Origin: Hemiscyllium ocellatum
Lineage: Eukaryota
DNA: 64,000 nt
Assembly: GCF_020745735.1 (NCBI RefSeq)
Contig: NC_083435.1
Location: forward strand, 13,671,201-13,735,200
Direction: 5' to 3'
The position numbers were made by a program, and so were the translations under genes. Every line of letters begins with the position of its first letter. The stretch's first letter is position 1. The notes under the pieces were generated by a model. The model searched no databases. It was given only the letters and a program-made list of their open reading frames with translations, and was not told where the DNA came from. Shown in pieces: positions 62,960-64,000 of the stretch.

Positions 62960-63020
62960 CAACCATTAGTGGAAAGAAAATGAGCTGCATTGTCATAAAT
63001 TGCCAAATTAAAGTCATCAT
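62960..63020 (-). CDS. NCR3: NCR3-like receptor exon 1: signal peptide MMTLIWQFMTMQLIFFPLMV
   Basis: ATG, 20 hydrophobic codons, then G|GTGAGT. Phase 1 joins TG of the V exon (Val) in frame. Confidence 0.75.
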
Positions 63021-64000
63021 CGATAAAAATAAACTGCAGGAAGAATTAGTTACAATGGCGTTTAAGATGAAAACTGTCAACTCCTTGCCTGTTGACTTCA
63101 CCAATGAATTACTTATTGGTTTTTAATTGATAAAACCACATGCACAGACAACACTGGTGCAGAAAAGGAAATGGATTACTGCCTTCAGCATGGGCTTTTT
63201 AAAAAAATAAATTTGTAAAACGTAATTATAGACAGTACATTTACAGTTGGTGATGCAGTGTATTGTGCATGTCAATAATGCGTTACTGTAGAAACTGATG
63301 ATACTATGGCTTTAAGAGGTATATTTTGTCTTTTGTTTCTATGAAGAAAAGTTGAGACAGAGGCGGCAAGCACTCTACACCAAAGCCAATAAAGTAAACA
63401 GATTGTGAGACCTTTTATGTTAAGTCATACAACAGAAGTAGCCTGAGTGGGTGGGGTCAAGTTCACAAAGAACCAGAAGTTTTTGTTTATACTTGTAGCA
63501 GTTCCTTTGATCTTGAAACTGGAAAGTTATTCCTCTCTCTGTTACAGCTAAAAGCTGGTGTTCTCCTCCTGCTGCTCGAATTACATGTGAGACAATCTAT
63601 TTTGCTTTATTTGTCTTTGGCAAGGAGTGTACTTATGGGATGTTGCTAGATCAGAAAAAGTTAATCAATAGTTTATTATTTTGTTAAGCATTTTGATAGA
63701 GTTACTGTTAAACCAATTATTTTCTTTTGTTTTTATTTTGTGTGTTAATTGCAGTATATGAATAAAATGTGTTTTGCTTCATACCTGCCTGGTTGATCAA
63801 TTGAATTACATCTAGAACACAATGCCTTATGCGTAACATTCAAATAAGAAACGTTATGGCTTAGTGTATCTTCTTCATATATTTTGAGCGAGTTTAGTCT
63901 GGTCCATAACATAATGTATTTACTGTTATGCATTTGTACATTAGACACCACTCCACAAATAAATGTTACTTCTGTCGCTTTTGAGTTGACCAACATAGTC

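Noticed and set aside
63541-63595. Plus-strand exon-like segment LKAGVLLLLLELH
   Set aside because: There is no start codon or partner exon in the window, and it is too short to support a gene call.
1-64000. CRISPR array, prokaryotic operon or rRNA genes
   Set aside because: There are no short regularly spaced repeats and no rRNA signatures. The content is spliceosomal exons, LINEs, SINEs and tRNAs.

Overview
This is vertebrate DNA, almost certainly from a shark (inferred from HE1-type V-SINEs, HER1/CR1 LINEs and Penelope-type foldback elements). It is not prokaryotic and has no CRISPR array. Positions 1-52798 are the right end of a tandem array with a unit of about 14-16 kb. Units start at 1, 14017, 28495 and 44358; the last is truncated, and the array probably continues left of the window. 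Each unit carries a SINE, nested LINEs and the decayed exons of minus-strand Ig-superfamily receptor genes: a leader, V-J-type exons, an uncharged TM exon and Tyr-motif cytoplasmic exons. Five tRNA-Gly(CCC)-family genes lie antisense to these exons, and one has its anticodon changed to CTC. Right of the array (about 54500-63020, minus strand) is an apparently intact NKp30/NCR3-like gene: leader, germline-joined V-J exon, TM exon with an Arg, and an uncertain short tail. Its leader and V exons are recognisably homologous to the decayed exons in the array. The best candidate for an undescribed system is therefore a paired activating / ITSM-bearing NCR3-like receptor cluster amplified together with an intronic tRNA gene. 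All exon calls were read by eye, without alignment tools.
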